DNA of 64,000 bases from a virus: the IMG/VR virus record IMGVR_UViG_3300031746_000001, one strand, 5' to 3'. A program made the position numbers and the translations under genes. The notes beneath the pieces were generated by a model. The model made no database searches and was not told where the DNA came from. It saw nothing but the letters and a program-made list of their open reading frames with translations. Of the stretch, positions 18,480 through 27,384 are shown one piece after another. Numbering within the stretch: position 1 is the first letter of the stretch; each line of letters begins with the position of its first letter.

Positions 18480-18850
18480 ACCACCACCGACCTTTCTACG
18501 GTAAGGTTATTGCCGTATCGGTTCCCGGCGACTTCATATTCGATCACAAAATTGACGTAGCCCGTATTAGGATCGGACTTCCCTTCGACGTCGATGATAA
18601 CGATCCGAGGCTCCCACCTGGAAAGGGCTTCCTTAATCTCAAAGACCCCCAGGTCGACGGCCATGTCATCGTCGTTGTTCTCAAAGACGATATCCTGAAG
18701 GTTGGACCCGAACTCCGGGTTCATCACCCGCTCGCCTCTCCGAGTGAGAAGAATCTGCTGGATGCTTTCCCAGATGTGGCTATCCCCTTGGCTGGCCGGG
18801 GGAAACCCATCCCCGGCCTTCCGGAACGGGAACGAGATGCCATTCCACAT
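18476..18850 (-). CDS. Baseplate wedge protein, gp25/GPW-like
   Basis: GISFPF...SIQQILLTRRGERVMNPEFGSNL..IVFE...WEPRI. Confidence 0.92.
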   Translation of the reverse strand: MWNGISFPFRKAGDGFPPASQGDSHIWESIQQILLTRRGERVMNPEFGSNLQDIVFENNDDDMAVDLGVFEIKEALSRWEPRIVIIDVEGKSDPNTGYVNFVIEYEVAGNRYGNNLTVERSVVV

Positions 18851-18852
18851 TG

Positions 18853-19335
18853 CTACTTCCCTTTGCCCTCAAGCCGGTCCTTGATATCTCGCAGGACGGC
18901 GTAGAGGTGCTTACAGAGATACTTCCGCTTGCCGGGATTTCTCACGACGGGATCCGCACCGTTGCTATAGGCGATCACACTGGCATTGTCCTGCGTTAAG
19001 GCGACCTCGAGGTGGTAGGTGAAGTAAGGACAGTCACACCACACGAGGACATCCTGTGCCATGCTCTTGAGGGACTTCTCCCCCGGAGGAAAGGACATCA
19101 CCCAGCACTGGTGGGTGTTCCCGTTCGCCAGGGTAACCGTTTTGTAGATATACCGCCCGTCCCTGGTGACCGTCTGAATCATGGGAATGATATCTGCCGC
19201 CCGACCCCGGATCTTCTTCGGGGTGACGTCCCGTAGCTCCTTCAGCGATCGCTCCTCGAGCAGAAGGAACATTCTCGCCGGGTTTTCTCCGGAGAGGAGG
19301 TTCGTCATGTAACGGATATCGTTTGCCAACAGCAT
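18853..19335 (-). CDS. SWIM-type zinc-finger protein
   Basis: VWCDCPYF...RNP...LCKHLYAVL (CxC...CxH). Confidence 0.75.
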   Translation of the reverse strand: MLLANDIRYMTNLLSGENPARMFLLLEERSLKELRDVTPKKIRGRAADIIPMIQTVTRDGRYIYKTVTLANGNTHQCWVMSFPPGEKSLKSMAQDVLVWCDCPYFTYHLEVALTQDNASVIAYSNGADPVVRNPGKRKYLCKHLYAVLRDIKDRLEGKGK

Positions 19336-19610
19336 TAAATCCTCCGAATCGTTTGGGCAGTCGACGGAATTGTGCTGTTGTTATAGTCAGTCAGAAGCTG
19401 GTTATACTGGTCGACGAGCTCGTTCACTTTGTCCTTCAGGGCGATCCCATCGTTATTATGAGCGTCCACAATGGCTTCAAGAATGGCATCCATGCCCTTA
19501 TCCGTTCCCCAGGCATACCCGGAGGAACTGAGGCCGAGCCTCGTCCACTGCTCTCCCCGGGAATCGACTAACGTCTTGATCGCCTGAATGAGATCAGCCT
19601 TGATCATCAT
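19335..19610 (-). CDS. Hypothetical protein (helical)
   Basis: Coupled on both sides (ATGA and TAATG overlaps) within the baseplate operon. Confidence 0.6.
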   Translation of the reverse strand: MMIKADLIQAIKTLVDSRGEQWTRLGLSSSGYAWGTDKGMDAILEAIVDAHNNDGIALKDKVNELVDQYNQLLTDYNNSTIPSTAQTIRRI

Positions 19611-19876
19611 TTGACACATCCCTCCGGAAGAATCACCTGAGCCGGGGCAACCGTCGTCCCCTGGATCGGTCCGGGAACGCCTCCTCCGGCTCCGGTTATC
19701 GCGGCAAGCACTGTTCCGGTCGTCTGGATTTCTGCATGGGCATTGATCTCCTCAACAACAGCCTGGGCTATGGCCAATCCAAGCTGTCCAAGCACCTCTT
19801 CGATGCTTGCACCGCCGGAAACACCCACCATCTTGGTCTTCAGTGCTTCTCCGAGACGGGCGCTATTGAGTGCCAT
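19607..19876 (-). CDS. Small protein downstream of the spike gene (possible spike-tip or accessory protein)
   Basis: Start MALNSARLGEALK (19876) overlaps the spike stop (TGATG); LAIAQAVVEEINAHAEI pattern; Gly-rich C-terminus. Confidence 0.55.
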   Translation of the reverse strand: MALNSARLGEALKTKMVGVSGGASIEEVLGQLGLAIAQAVVEEINAHAEIQTTGTVLAAITGAGGGVPGPIQGTTVAPAQVILPEGCVK

Positions 19877-20682
19877 CAGTCCACCGCCTTCGCCGGTACA
19901 GACCCAACCGGAATCGGAGGAATCTGGATAGGCGCCTTGTTGTGACCCTGCTTCGTTATCGGGCACTTAAACTTATCCATGTCCTTATACCTCAGAATCC
20001 TCTCTTGGGAAGTAGCCGAGTCACCACCGAGAATGACATTGGGGCTCACGATATACGCCTTGCCGCTGGCGTGAACCGCAGAAGTCTTGCAAACCACCTT
20101 CGTTACCCCGTTGGACATCGTGAGAGTATCCCCTCCGGCATCCGTGACCGTTATCCTCTTGGCCTTATCCTCAAAGAGCATCTTCATGCCCTTAACCGTC
20201 TTGATCAGGATGGTCTCGGCAATCTCGTCCACCTGGATGATGTGGCCTTTGGACGTCCGGAGCTCGACCTTGAGCTTGGCGGGATCGTCCTCAAAGAGAA
20301 GCTGGTGCCCGGCCTTCGTCCTGATCCCCCGGGCAGTCGGCGGGCTCTTGGCAAAGTCCGCAGGCATCGCACCCTTAATCCACCATTGAAAGGCATACAG
20401 GGGGTAGTCCTTATGCCCATGCTCGAAAGTAATGTAGACGCCCTCATCGATCTCCGGCACGAAGAAGTATCCATGATCTTTCCCAGCATAGGGAGACATG
20501 GGAAGAACCCACTGCGGGAGATTGGTATTGGGATCGATATAAGGACAATTCACTTTGATCCGTCCTCTGAACTCGGGATCCTTATTGTCCACCACTCGAG
20601 CCCGGTAGTAGCTATAATACCGCCCGAAGGCTTCAAGCCCCCGATCGACAATCATGTTAAAGAATTCGCCGACTGCTCCCAT
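19876..20682 (-). CDS. Baseplate central spike (gp5/gpV/VgrG OB fold plus beta repeats)
   Basis: YRARVVDNKDPEFRGRIKV..P...W..P.SPYAGKDHGYFFVPEIDEGVYITFEHG...P; repeats TKAGH/TSKGH/TVKG. Confidence 0.92.
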   Translation of the reverse strand: MGAVGEFFNMIVDRGLEAFGRYYSYYRARVVDNKDPEFRGRIKVNCPYIDPNTNLPQWVLPMSPYAGKDHGYFFVPEIDEGVYITFEHGHKDYPLYAFQWWIKGAMPADFAKSPPTARGIRTKAGHQLLFEDDPAKLKVELRTSKGHIIQVDEIAETILIKTVKGMKMLFEDKAKRITVTDAGGDTLTMSNGVTKVVCKTSAVHASGKAYIVSPNVILGGDSATSQERILRYKDMDKFKCPITKQGHNKAPIQIPPIPVGSVPAKAVD

Positions 20683-20684
20683 TG

Positions 20685-21965
20685 CTATGGCTTCGGGGGA
20701 CCGTATTGTGGACGGTTCTCCGCAGAGATTGACTCCATCCAGGATGGCCTTGAAAGGATATGAACCCGGCTCTTAAAACCGCTCTTGGCAAGAGTATGCT
20801 CAATATTCCAAACCTGCCAGATGCCCTTTGTCCCACCGATAAAGTTATTCCCGATCATTAACCCGACCTTATCCCCAACCTGAAGGTTGGGAAGGGTCGG
20901 AATGGTCACCTTGACATTAAAAACAAGCCCGGCCTCCCCAAATTTCTGTGCGTTCTCGTCGCTTATTTTAAGTCCTGCATTATTGCGAATCGGGGATCCA
21001 GAAACCCTTATCCGAGCCGCCCGAGCTGTCGCGGCGTCTTTTTTAGCTTGGAGTAAAGTTCCCATCTCCTCGGAAATGTCGCTCGGTCCTTTAAGCATCG
21101 CGAACGCCCGGGTGTGGAAGTTCCAGTTCGTCTCGGCCTCAAAGTCTTCAATCGGCAACACAGGAGGATCGGCCTGCAGATTAATCGGCCTTCCCCAAAC
21201 GAACTCAACTTCCGGCTTCGGGATGGATTGATCTTTTTTGGATGGACGGTTAATGATCCGAAGAACGGGATTATCATCCTCTTTTTCTCCGGGTGAAATA
21301 GTATAATCGAGAGTCGAAGCAAACGTCGTAAGGAAGTTATTCATTAACGACTTAATAGTAGTCGAACCCGCTGGATAATTTCTTGGACTGATGGTTATCG
21401 TATTCGACAGGATTCCACTGTCGGCGTCTCTAAATATCGCATCTACTTTGAACATCTCGGCGATCTCCATAATACAATCATCAATCCGCTTCTCTCCCTC
21501 AAGAACCAATCCCTCATCAAGCATAATACCATCCCCCATATAGGCGAACTTAAATCCGATGTCCGGATTCAATCCAAGACTTCCAGTGGGGTGAGTGGCA
21601 AAGGCCGTAAAAGGCTTCGTAGCGGCGTTCGGGCTCGTCCCCCGATAGCCGAAGCGGATTTTGATCCCAGTCATGTATTTCCACCACGTGTCATTGTCGG
21701 TCATGAACTTCTGGGTCGTTGCGATATCTGGTCGGAGGGAAATGGACCCATCAAATATCCCCCCATATAGGCCGTCCGAGAACCTATAATTTACACGAAT
21801 TTCATCGATGAACTTCCGGAATGAAGGAAAATCATCTTTTCCTACGTTCCACCGTTCCTCGTTTTTGAACCTCCGGGGAGAATCAACCGCCTCGTTGTTC
21901 CCGATCACGGGACGGAGGAAACTAACCTCCCAGAAAGGCGTAGTGAAGTCGTAGTCAATCTTCAT
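20685..21965 (-). CDS. Baseplate hub protein (gp27/gpD-like)
   Basis: Sits between the LysM-like and spike genes; IKIRFGY and C-terminal PNLQVGDKV...GIWQVWNIEHTL..SGFKS hub-type motifs. Confidence 0.65.
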   Translation of the reverse strand: MKIDYDFTTPFWEVSFLRPVIGNNEAVDSPRRFKNEERWNVGKDDFPSFRKFIDEIRVNYRFSDGLYGGIFDGSISLRPDIATTQKFMTDNDTWWKYMTGIKIRFGYRGTSPNAATKPFTAFATHPTGSLGLNPDIGFKFAYMGDGIMLDEGLVLEGEKRIDDCIMEIAEMFKVDAIFRDADSGILSNTITISPRNYPAGSTTIKSLMNNFLTTFASTLDYTISPGEKEDDNPVLRIINRPSKKDQSIPKPEVEFVWGRPINLQADPPVLPIEDFEAETNWNFHTRAFAMLKGPSDISEEMGTLLQAKKDAATARAARIRVSGSPIRNNAGLKISDENAQKFGEAGLVFNVKVTIPTLPNLQVGDKVGLMIGNNFIGGTKGIWQVWNIEHTLAKSGFKSRVHILSRPSWMESISAENRPQYGPPKP

Positions 21966-22249
21966 AATGCCCCGAACTTCTCAAAGGACGGGATCCGCAG
22001 AAGATCTCCTGGTTGCAAATCGGTCACCGGAAGCTGAATCCTGTTTAGCGATGCGATCACCCACCAGCCGTGGACGGTCCCGTAGGCCCGGCTTGCGATA
22101 TAGTCGAGCCGGTCTCCTCCGGTGAAGGCCAGGAAGAGATCGTCCGTATTCCCGGCCACGTCGACGAAGTCTGCATCCCAGAAGGCCACGCCCCCCTCCG
22201 TCATGTAGGTCGCCTTGTTAAGCCTGGATCCGAAGGGCATGGACTTCAT
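21962..22249 (-). CDS. LysM-like baseplate wedge protein (tail X / gp53-like)
   Basis: GDRLDYIASRAYG...WWVIASLN...DLQPGDLLRIP. Confidence 0.85.
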   Translation of the reverse strand: MKSMPFGSRLNKATYMTEGGVAFWDADFVDVAGNTDDLFLAFTGGDRLDYIASRAYGTVHGWWVIASLNRIQLPVTDLQPGDLLRIPSFEKFGAL

Positions 22250-23571
22250 GCTTCCTCCACGCTCCGCAGTAGATCGTCATCGAAATAGCCGAGCTTCTTG
22301 AGCCGCTCACCGGCGTAGGTCACCCGCATGCCGATATCGTTCCGGTAGTGGCCATCGTTCACCTTGACGTAATCGAAAGCATCGAGCGCATTTCGCCGGG
22401 CCACCGGAAGCCTCTCATCTACCCCGTTCGAGCAGAGAATCCGCCCCATGCCGGGAAGGACTTTGTAGATCCCGTCCTCGAGGACGAGTCCGAAGGGTTG
22501 TATGTCACACCCGTTCTCCTCGGCCTCCGGAATCCCGTTCACGACCTCCCAGTCGTATTGCTCGAAGCACTCATCGAAGGGATAAGACCCGATGTTGAGA
22601 GTCACCCCGACCGCCCAACCCCTCATGATCTGGGGGCTGATATCTTTCTCCCCGAAGGCGCACTTCATGAGCAGATCTCCGACCCCGTCCTTATGGAGGG
22701 CCATCTGGATGAGGAGCAGGGGATACCCGAACCGTGCCGTGAACTCTATCCCGAAAATCCCGTCCTCGTTCACGATCGCATTGATATCAAAGTAGCCCCG
22801 GAAGCGATCGCCCTCAGCTAGAATCCCCTCGAGCTTTGCCAGGGTCTCGTCGAAGAACTTACCGCCCATCACGTACCGGAGGCTGGTCCCCATCTCCCCC
22901 GTGAGGGCCCCCTGCCCTCCGGCCACGAGCCTCTTCTCCTCGAAGTTTAGGCAGAGAGGTTGGATGAACTTCTTGCCGTCGAAGAATCCCCCGATCGCCA
23001 TCTCCACACCTTCGATCTTCTCCTCGAGGATAAGCTCGGCCTTGTCCCCGGCCTTCTCCTTCACTTTTTCAAGGTAATCAAGCGTGTCCTGCGGTGCCCT
23101 CCCAACATACGTCCCCTTAGCCATCATCTCGGAAACCTTGACGCAGTAGCCCACTTTGCCGTTCTGGACGGTCTGGATGGCCTTTTTGACGTCCTGGAAG
23201 GCTTCTGAGTGGGGTGTCTGGATCCCTGCGTCCCGCATTACCTGCTTCCCGACCTTCCGGTCGAGTTCTAGCCGGGCGACCCCCGCCCCGGCCCCAAAGA
23301 CCTTGATCCCGTCTTCCCGGAGGCCGTCCACGTCCTGACCGAAGCCGACGTCCGTGGAAACCACGCAGTCTACCGACTTGGCGATGTCGAGAAAACCTTC
23401 CACCTTCTTGACCCCCCACTCTTCGAAGAGGCCCTTTCCGTAGGTCGTCTCGTAAATCTCCGGGTGAGCCCGGGCCCAGTTCACCCAGTAGAAGACCTTG
23501 TGGCCTTCATCCCGAAGCCTCCTGGCGAGCGCCATCGCCAGGGCCGTGTCCATGATCAGAAAGCTAGCCAT
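22246..23571 (-). CDS. PurD-like ATP-grasp ligase, paralogue A (441 aa)
   Basis: ARLELDRKVGK.VM..AGI.TP, LEEKIEGVE, NFEEKRL.AGGQGALTGEMG, FRGYFDIN, IEFTARFGYP, YRNDIG. Lacks the canonical PurD GxGGREHA and EFN.RFGDPE signatures. Confidence 0.8.
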   Translation of the reverse strand: MASFLIMDTALAMALARRLRDEGHKVFYWVNWARAHPEIYETTYGKGLFEEWGVKKVEGFLDIAKSVDCVVSTDVGFGQDVDGLREDGIKVFGAGAGVARLELDRKVGKQVMRDAGIQTPHSEAFQDVKKAIQTVQNGKVGYCVKVSEMMAKGTYVGRAPQDTLDYLEKVKEKAGDKAELILEEKIEGVEMAIGGFFDGKKFIQPLCLNFEEKRLVAGGQGALTGEMGTSLRYVMGGKFFDETLAKLEGILAEGDRFRGYFDINAIVNEDGIFGIEFTARFGYPLLLIQMALHKDGVGDLLMKCAFGEKDISPQIMRGWAVGVTLNIGSYPFDECFEQYDWEVVNGIPEAEENGCDIQPFGLVLEDGIYKVLPGMGRILCSNGVDERLPVARRNALDAFDYVKVNDGHYRNDIGMRVTYAGERLKKLGYFDDDLLRSVEEA

Positions 23572-24011
23572 CAGAAATCAAAAAGTTTTGTTATCTTCGA
23601 GTACAAGTTAACTATTTCAACGACAACAAGGTGAACCGTTCGAGAAACAATGGAAGCCACAGCGGAAACAGATACTGAGAGCACCTGAACGAATATCCGG
23701 GCGGTCCTCAAAACCGGAATGGCTACCTCCGAAACGCTCAGCTCCTTCGATATCAATCTTTGGATGCGAGATACCGATACGGAGATGGCCCCCAGGACTT
23801 TCTGCACGAACCGACTGAGGGTGGCCTGGACAGACGAAACAGCTAATAAAGACTTCCCGGTCATCCGCCTGATCGTAGTAATGGACGTCTCGACCACCAT
23901 CATGGACTTTAAAATCCCACGATGGATGGATGGAACACTCACCTCCGTGACGGCCAAAAGTTTCCGAATTACTTCCGGCCACCACATCATGTCTATGAGC
24001 GGATGGATCAT
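23571..24011 (-). CDS. Hypothetical Ser/Val-rich protein with short internal repeats
   Basis: Repeated K.L.V.EVS/TS units of about 17 aa; coupled to both neighbours. Confidence 0.55.
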   Translation of the reverse strand: MIHPLIDMMWWPEVIRKLLAVTEVSVPSIHRGILKSMMVVETSITTIRRMTGKSLLAVSSVQATLSRFVQKVLGAISVSVSRIQRLISKELSVSEVAIPVLRTARIFVQVLSVSVSAVASIVSRTVHLVVVEIVNLYSKITKLFDF

Positions 24012-24487
24012 CTAAACGTAACATACCTTATGAAATCCAAAAGCTTCTTTCCTACCCTTTCCCCGAACGTCCCGGGGGTCTGGTGGGACGAGACCATCTG
24101 GTCCCAGACCCCCGATGCAGTTATCGCTTCAACGACAGTAGCCTGAGAGGAAACCCGGAACACAGCCTCGACATTCCCACTATCCGGCAGAACCATTAGC
24201 GGGCTCTCATCGTCCGTGATTATCGTCCCCGTAATCAAGATCTGGTAGTTTCCAGACCAGGGCTTGATCTTCCATCCATCCGATGCGTTGATGATGAAGA
24301 TCGAGTCGGAATAGACCCCGCCTCCCATCCCAAACCTCCCCACCGCAGACATCGGAGGGCCAAAAACCAAGTTAGAGAGCTCATCCCCCCAATCCATCGC
24401 CTCGCTGTATATCTCGAGAGCCGAGATATTGGTCGTCGGCGACGTGATCTTAATCCACTTATTGTAAGGATCGAACTCGACACCCAC
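24008..24487 (-). CDS. Hypothetical structural protein
   Basis: 159 aa; IYS...DW, GWKIKPW, and a C-terminal VWD....H..PGTFG motif of the kind seen in phage fibre-associated proteins. Confidence 0.6.
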   Translation of the reverse strand: MGVEFDPYNKWIKITSPTTNISALEIYSEAMDWGDELSNLVFGPPMSAVGRFGMGGGVYSDSIFIINASDGWKIKPWSGNYQILITGTIITDDESPLMVLPDSGNVEAVFRVSSQATVVEAITASGVWDQMVSSHQTPGTFGERVGKKLLDFIRYVTFR

Positions 24488-24492
24488 AAGCC

Positions 24493-24681
24493 CTATCCCT
24501 TTCCGACCAGAGCCTTCTGCTCCTCTTCGTATTTCTCATGCTGAAGGATATAACCCTCCATGAGCTTCTTACGCTCCTCCTCCTGCACGATGGCCTTCCG
24601 GAAAGCCTCAATGTTCTTCTCGCATTGGGACACGGCTTTATACAGAGCAGACAACTCGTAGGTCGGTTTCTCTGTTGCCAT
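24493..24681 (-). CDS. Small coiled-coil protein (possible fibre chaperone)
   Basis: Start MATEKP (24681), immediately after the upstream stop; charged heptad-like sequence. Confidence 0.55.
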   Translation of the reverse strand: MATEKPTYELSALYKAVSQCEKNIEAFRKAIVQEEERKKLMEGYILQHEKYEEEQKALVGKG

Positions 24682-24682
24682 G

Positions 24683-27127
24683 TTAGGTGACAATCCCGTC
24701 CGGAGTCCTGATGGCCGTGGCGGCATATCCGGTTAACCCGATGGACCCTTTCGTCCGGAACGGGAGGATACTGTCCCCGGGCGGCGTTAGCCCGTCATAG
24801 CGCCTTACGACTGCCATCACAGTTCTCGCCGCCGTATACGTCACCTGAACCGTCACGGAAGTTCCAGCGGCCGCCTCGTCGATGTAAGGAACGTAAGCAG
24901 TGTCATCGGAGTCATACGCCTGAGTCGTTGACTCATCGAGAACAAAGGTGCTATACGTTGGCTGGTCAGTGTTGTTCCAGCTCGTGTAGTGATACCTTTG
25001 CTCCGCCGTAATCACCCCACCAGTCTTCTGACAGACCCGGATATACCCCTCCAACGGAGTGTCGTTCGGGATGGCCTCGACCACTCTTACATAGGTCTGA
25101 GCAGTGATCTGACCGTAGCAGGTGAACTGGCTCTTGTCGATGATGTAGTTGTCCCCGGTCGTCTCGAACACAGCGACCTTGTCTCCCGCAACAACAGAAC
25201 CAACAACGATGTTGACCATGTTCGGCGGGTTCCTTACTTCTCCATCGGCATCGGTCAGGGAGTAGTTCTTGATGTCCCCAGAGTCCATATCCTCGATCCA
25301 GACACCTCTCGCACCGAAGTAGACACCCCCAGCGAACGCACCGAGAGGAGAAGCCTTGACGGGCGAATAACCCGGGAACGTGATGACGTATTCTGCGCCA
25401 TCCTGGGGTGCCGAACACGAAGCCCCAGTCGTTGTCCCAGCTCCAGTTCCCGAAGTGATTGTGATGGCTTCGACCTGATCGAACAGGTCATCGGAGGCTG
25501 GAACCCCGGTGCAGGCGTCCATCTTGACGTACCACTTCCGGGTGCTGTTGTTGTAAGACAACAGCTTGCCGCTGTCGGTGGTGCTTCCACCTACGACTGC
25601 CTTTCCGACATCCGACTCCACGCAGGAGACATAGCCTCCAGCCGCAAATTCCAAGATGCGGATCGAACTGTTGTAGTTGTAGAGCGCAAAGGTCTGTGCT
25701 TCTCGAGTGATATACTTCAGGTAATTGTAGAAGTCGAGAAGCAGGTCGCCATTCAGATCGATCACCACGTTATACGGAAAGGCTGTCCCCAGAGGGTAAG
25801 CCTTGTTCACCGTCGTGACAGTCGGGTCCAGCGTTCCATTGGCATCCGCAGAACCCGTACCGGTGTCCGTGATGAGCTCGTTATCCTGGAACGTCCCGAT
25901 GACGTTTCCAAGAACAAGCGTTCCAGTCACCCCAGCATCCGTGATAGCCAGGATGACCCCGGTAGCCCCGGATGTCCCGCCAGTCACGGTCAGGCCAACG
26001 GCAAAGTTTCCAGTCTCTGCGTTGTAGTCCAGCTCTCCGGAGACCGTGTAGACCAGGATCTTCCCGGAGCCGCCGTAGCCAGCGACCACGTTGACGAAGG
26101 CGGTAGAAGCATCGTTTGTGGTCTGGTCGCCCGTGTCCCCCGACGCAAGACCATTGGTCGTCTCCTTCAGGGTCTCGGAAGTCTGGAACGTCCCCTTGAC
26201 CGTTCCGAGATAGAACCTATTCGGAGTATCGGCAGTGGCCATGAGCTCCCCGTAAGCTCCACTCGTCACGCCGCGAACGAAGTTCCCTACGACAAATCCT
26301 GTCGTAGCGGCGGGAATCAGGTAAAGCTCCGACTGCGTGAGCCCATCGTCGTTGTTAAGGTCGGTCGCCGTCGCCAAAGGCACGGCGTTACGACCACCAG
26401 CAGACAGGTCGATCTCGTAATGATCGAACAAGTCTCCATACTGGCGGTTGAAGACCGCGACAACCCCGCCGGCGATCTCCGACCCAGACTCCTTGACCTT
26501 GAGGAGCACGTCGATGTGTCCCCTCGGCCACCACCCCGCCAGGAGTTCGTCATACTGGTAGACGTAGATCAACGCATAGGGATTCGTTGCGATCGTTCCA
26601 AGCGTGTAGATGTTCGACCACAGGTCTTCCCCAGACGTGCTCGGCCCAATCGTAGTCCCTGCGCCTGTCCCAGGCCCGGTGATGCCCTCAGCAACATCGA
26701 ACAGGTCATCTGCGGCATCCATCCGGACCCACCACTCCCTCGTGGTGTTGTTGTAATCCACCAAGACACCAGTGTCCCCGGTGCTACCCCCAAGAACGAC
26801 ATCACCGATATCGCCAGCAACGCAGGGCGTGTAAGCCGTGGCGGACATCTTGAGAATCCGGACAGCCCCGCTATAACCATCCGTCGTGATGGCTCCAGTC
26901 TTGAGGAACTGGAAGGACGCATCGTCCATGAACCATCCATTGATGAGCTTATAGTCATAGGGCGTCTGGGCGGACATCGGCACATCGTCGTCCATCTGCG
27001 CCTGCTCATCGAACTCATCCATCAACCATGAGTAGAAGGCATTTGCAGTATAGACGGTCGAGCCAGAAAAGTGTCTAATTCTCTTCTGGGTATAGCTTTC
27101 GACATGGAAATCGTCGTAGATAGCCAT
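24683..27127 (-). CDS. Large structural (fibre/spike-like) protein with internal domain duplications
   Basis: 814 aa, acidic and Thr/Gly-rich; two copies each of two beta-rich modules (see findings). Confidence 0.65.
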   Translation of the reverse strand: MAIYDDFHVESYTQKRIRHFSGSTVYTANAFYSWLMDEFDEQAQMDDDVPMSAQTPYDYKLINGWFMDDASFQFLKTGAITTDGYSGAVRILKMSATAYTPCVAGDIGDVVLGGSTGDTGVLVDYNNTTREWWVRMDAADDLFDVAEGITGPGTGAGTTIGPSTSGEDLWSNIYTLGTIATNPYALIYVYQYDELLAGWWPRGHIDVLLKVKESGSEIAGGVVAVFNRQYGDLFDHYEIDLSAGGRNAVPLATATDLNNDDGLTQSELYLIPAATTGFVVGNFVRGVTSGAYGELMATADTPNRFYLGTVKGTFQTSETLKETTNGLASGDTGDQTTNDASTAFVNVVAGYGGSGKILVYTVSGELDYNAETGNFAVGLTVTGGTSGATGVILAITDAGVTGTLVLGNVIGTFQDNELITDTGTGSADANGTLDPTVTTVNKAYPLGTAFPYNVVIDLNGDLLLDFYNYLKYITREAQTFALYNYNSSIRILEFAAGGYVSCVESDVGKAVVGGSTTDSGKLLSYNNSTRKWYVKMDACTGVPASDDLFDQVEAITITSGTGAGTTTGASCSAPQDGAEYVITFPGYSPVKASPLGAFAGGVYFGARGVWIEDMDSGDIKNYSLTDADGEVRNPPNMVNIVVGSVVAGDKVAVFETTGDNYIIDKSQFTCYGQITAQTYVRVVEAIPNDTPLEGYIRVCQKTGGVITAEQRYHYTSWNNTDQPTYSTFVLDESTTQAYDSDDTAYVPYIDEAAAGTSVTVQVTYTAARTVMAVVRRYDGLTPPGDSILPFRTKGSIGLTGYAATAIRTPDGIVT

Positions 27128-27129
27128 CG

Positions 27130-27363
27130 CTACTTACTCCCTTTCTTCCTTTTGATTTCAAGCCTCTCCCTTGCCACCACAGACGGAGGCAGGTCCATCA
27201 CCTCCGGGCAAGACTTTCCGGTGAGAACTCCACCATACTTGATCCTCTCTTCATCGGAAAGCCATCCTTGCTTCCGAACGAGAAACCCCCTGTCCTCCTC
27301 GGAGAGCTCCTCCATCGGCTTGGCGAGGATGGACTTCATCCGTGAGATGTTTCCACTTGGCAT
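27130..27363 (-). CDS. Hypothetical small protein
   Basis: 77 aa, AAGGAG RBS; fills the gap between two larger genes. Confidence 0.55.
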   Translation of the reverse strand: MPSGNISRMKSILAKPMEELSEEDRGFLVRKQGWLSDEERIKYGGVLTGKSCPEVMDLPPSVVARERLEIKRKKGSK

Positions 27364-27384
27364 TTCTTCTCCTTTAAGTTAACT

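Noticed and set aside
19607-19876. LNSAR near the N-terminus as a member of the leader family
   Set aside because: It lacks the L4-L5-x-A7-V8 register and lies in the baseplate operon; probably coincidental.
24989-27031. 680-aa plus-strand ORF
   Set aside because: Antisense shadow of the 814-aa minus-strand gene, caused by GC3-biased codons; no motifs, and it opposes a uniformly minus-strand operon.
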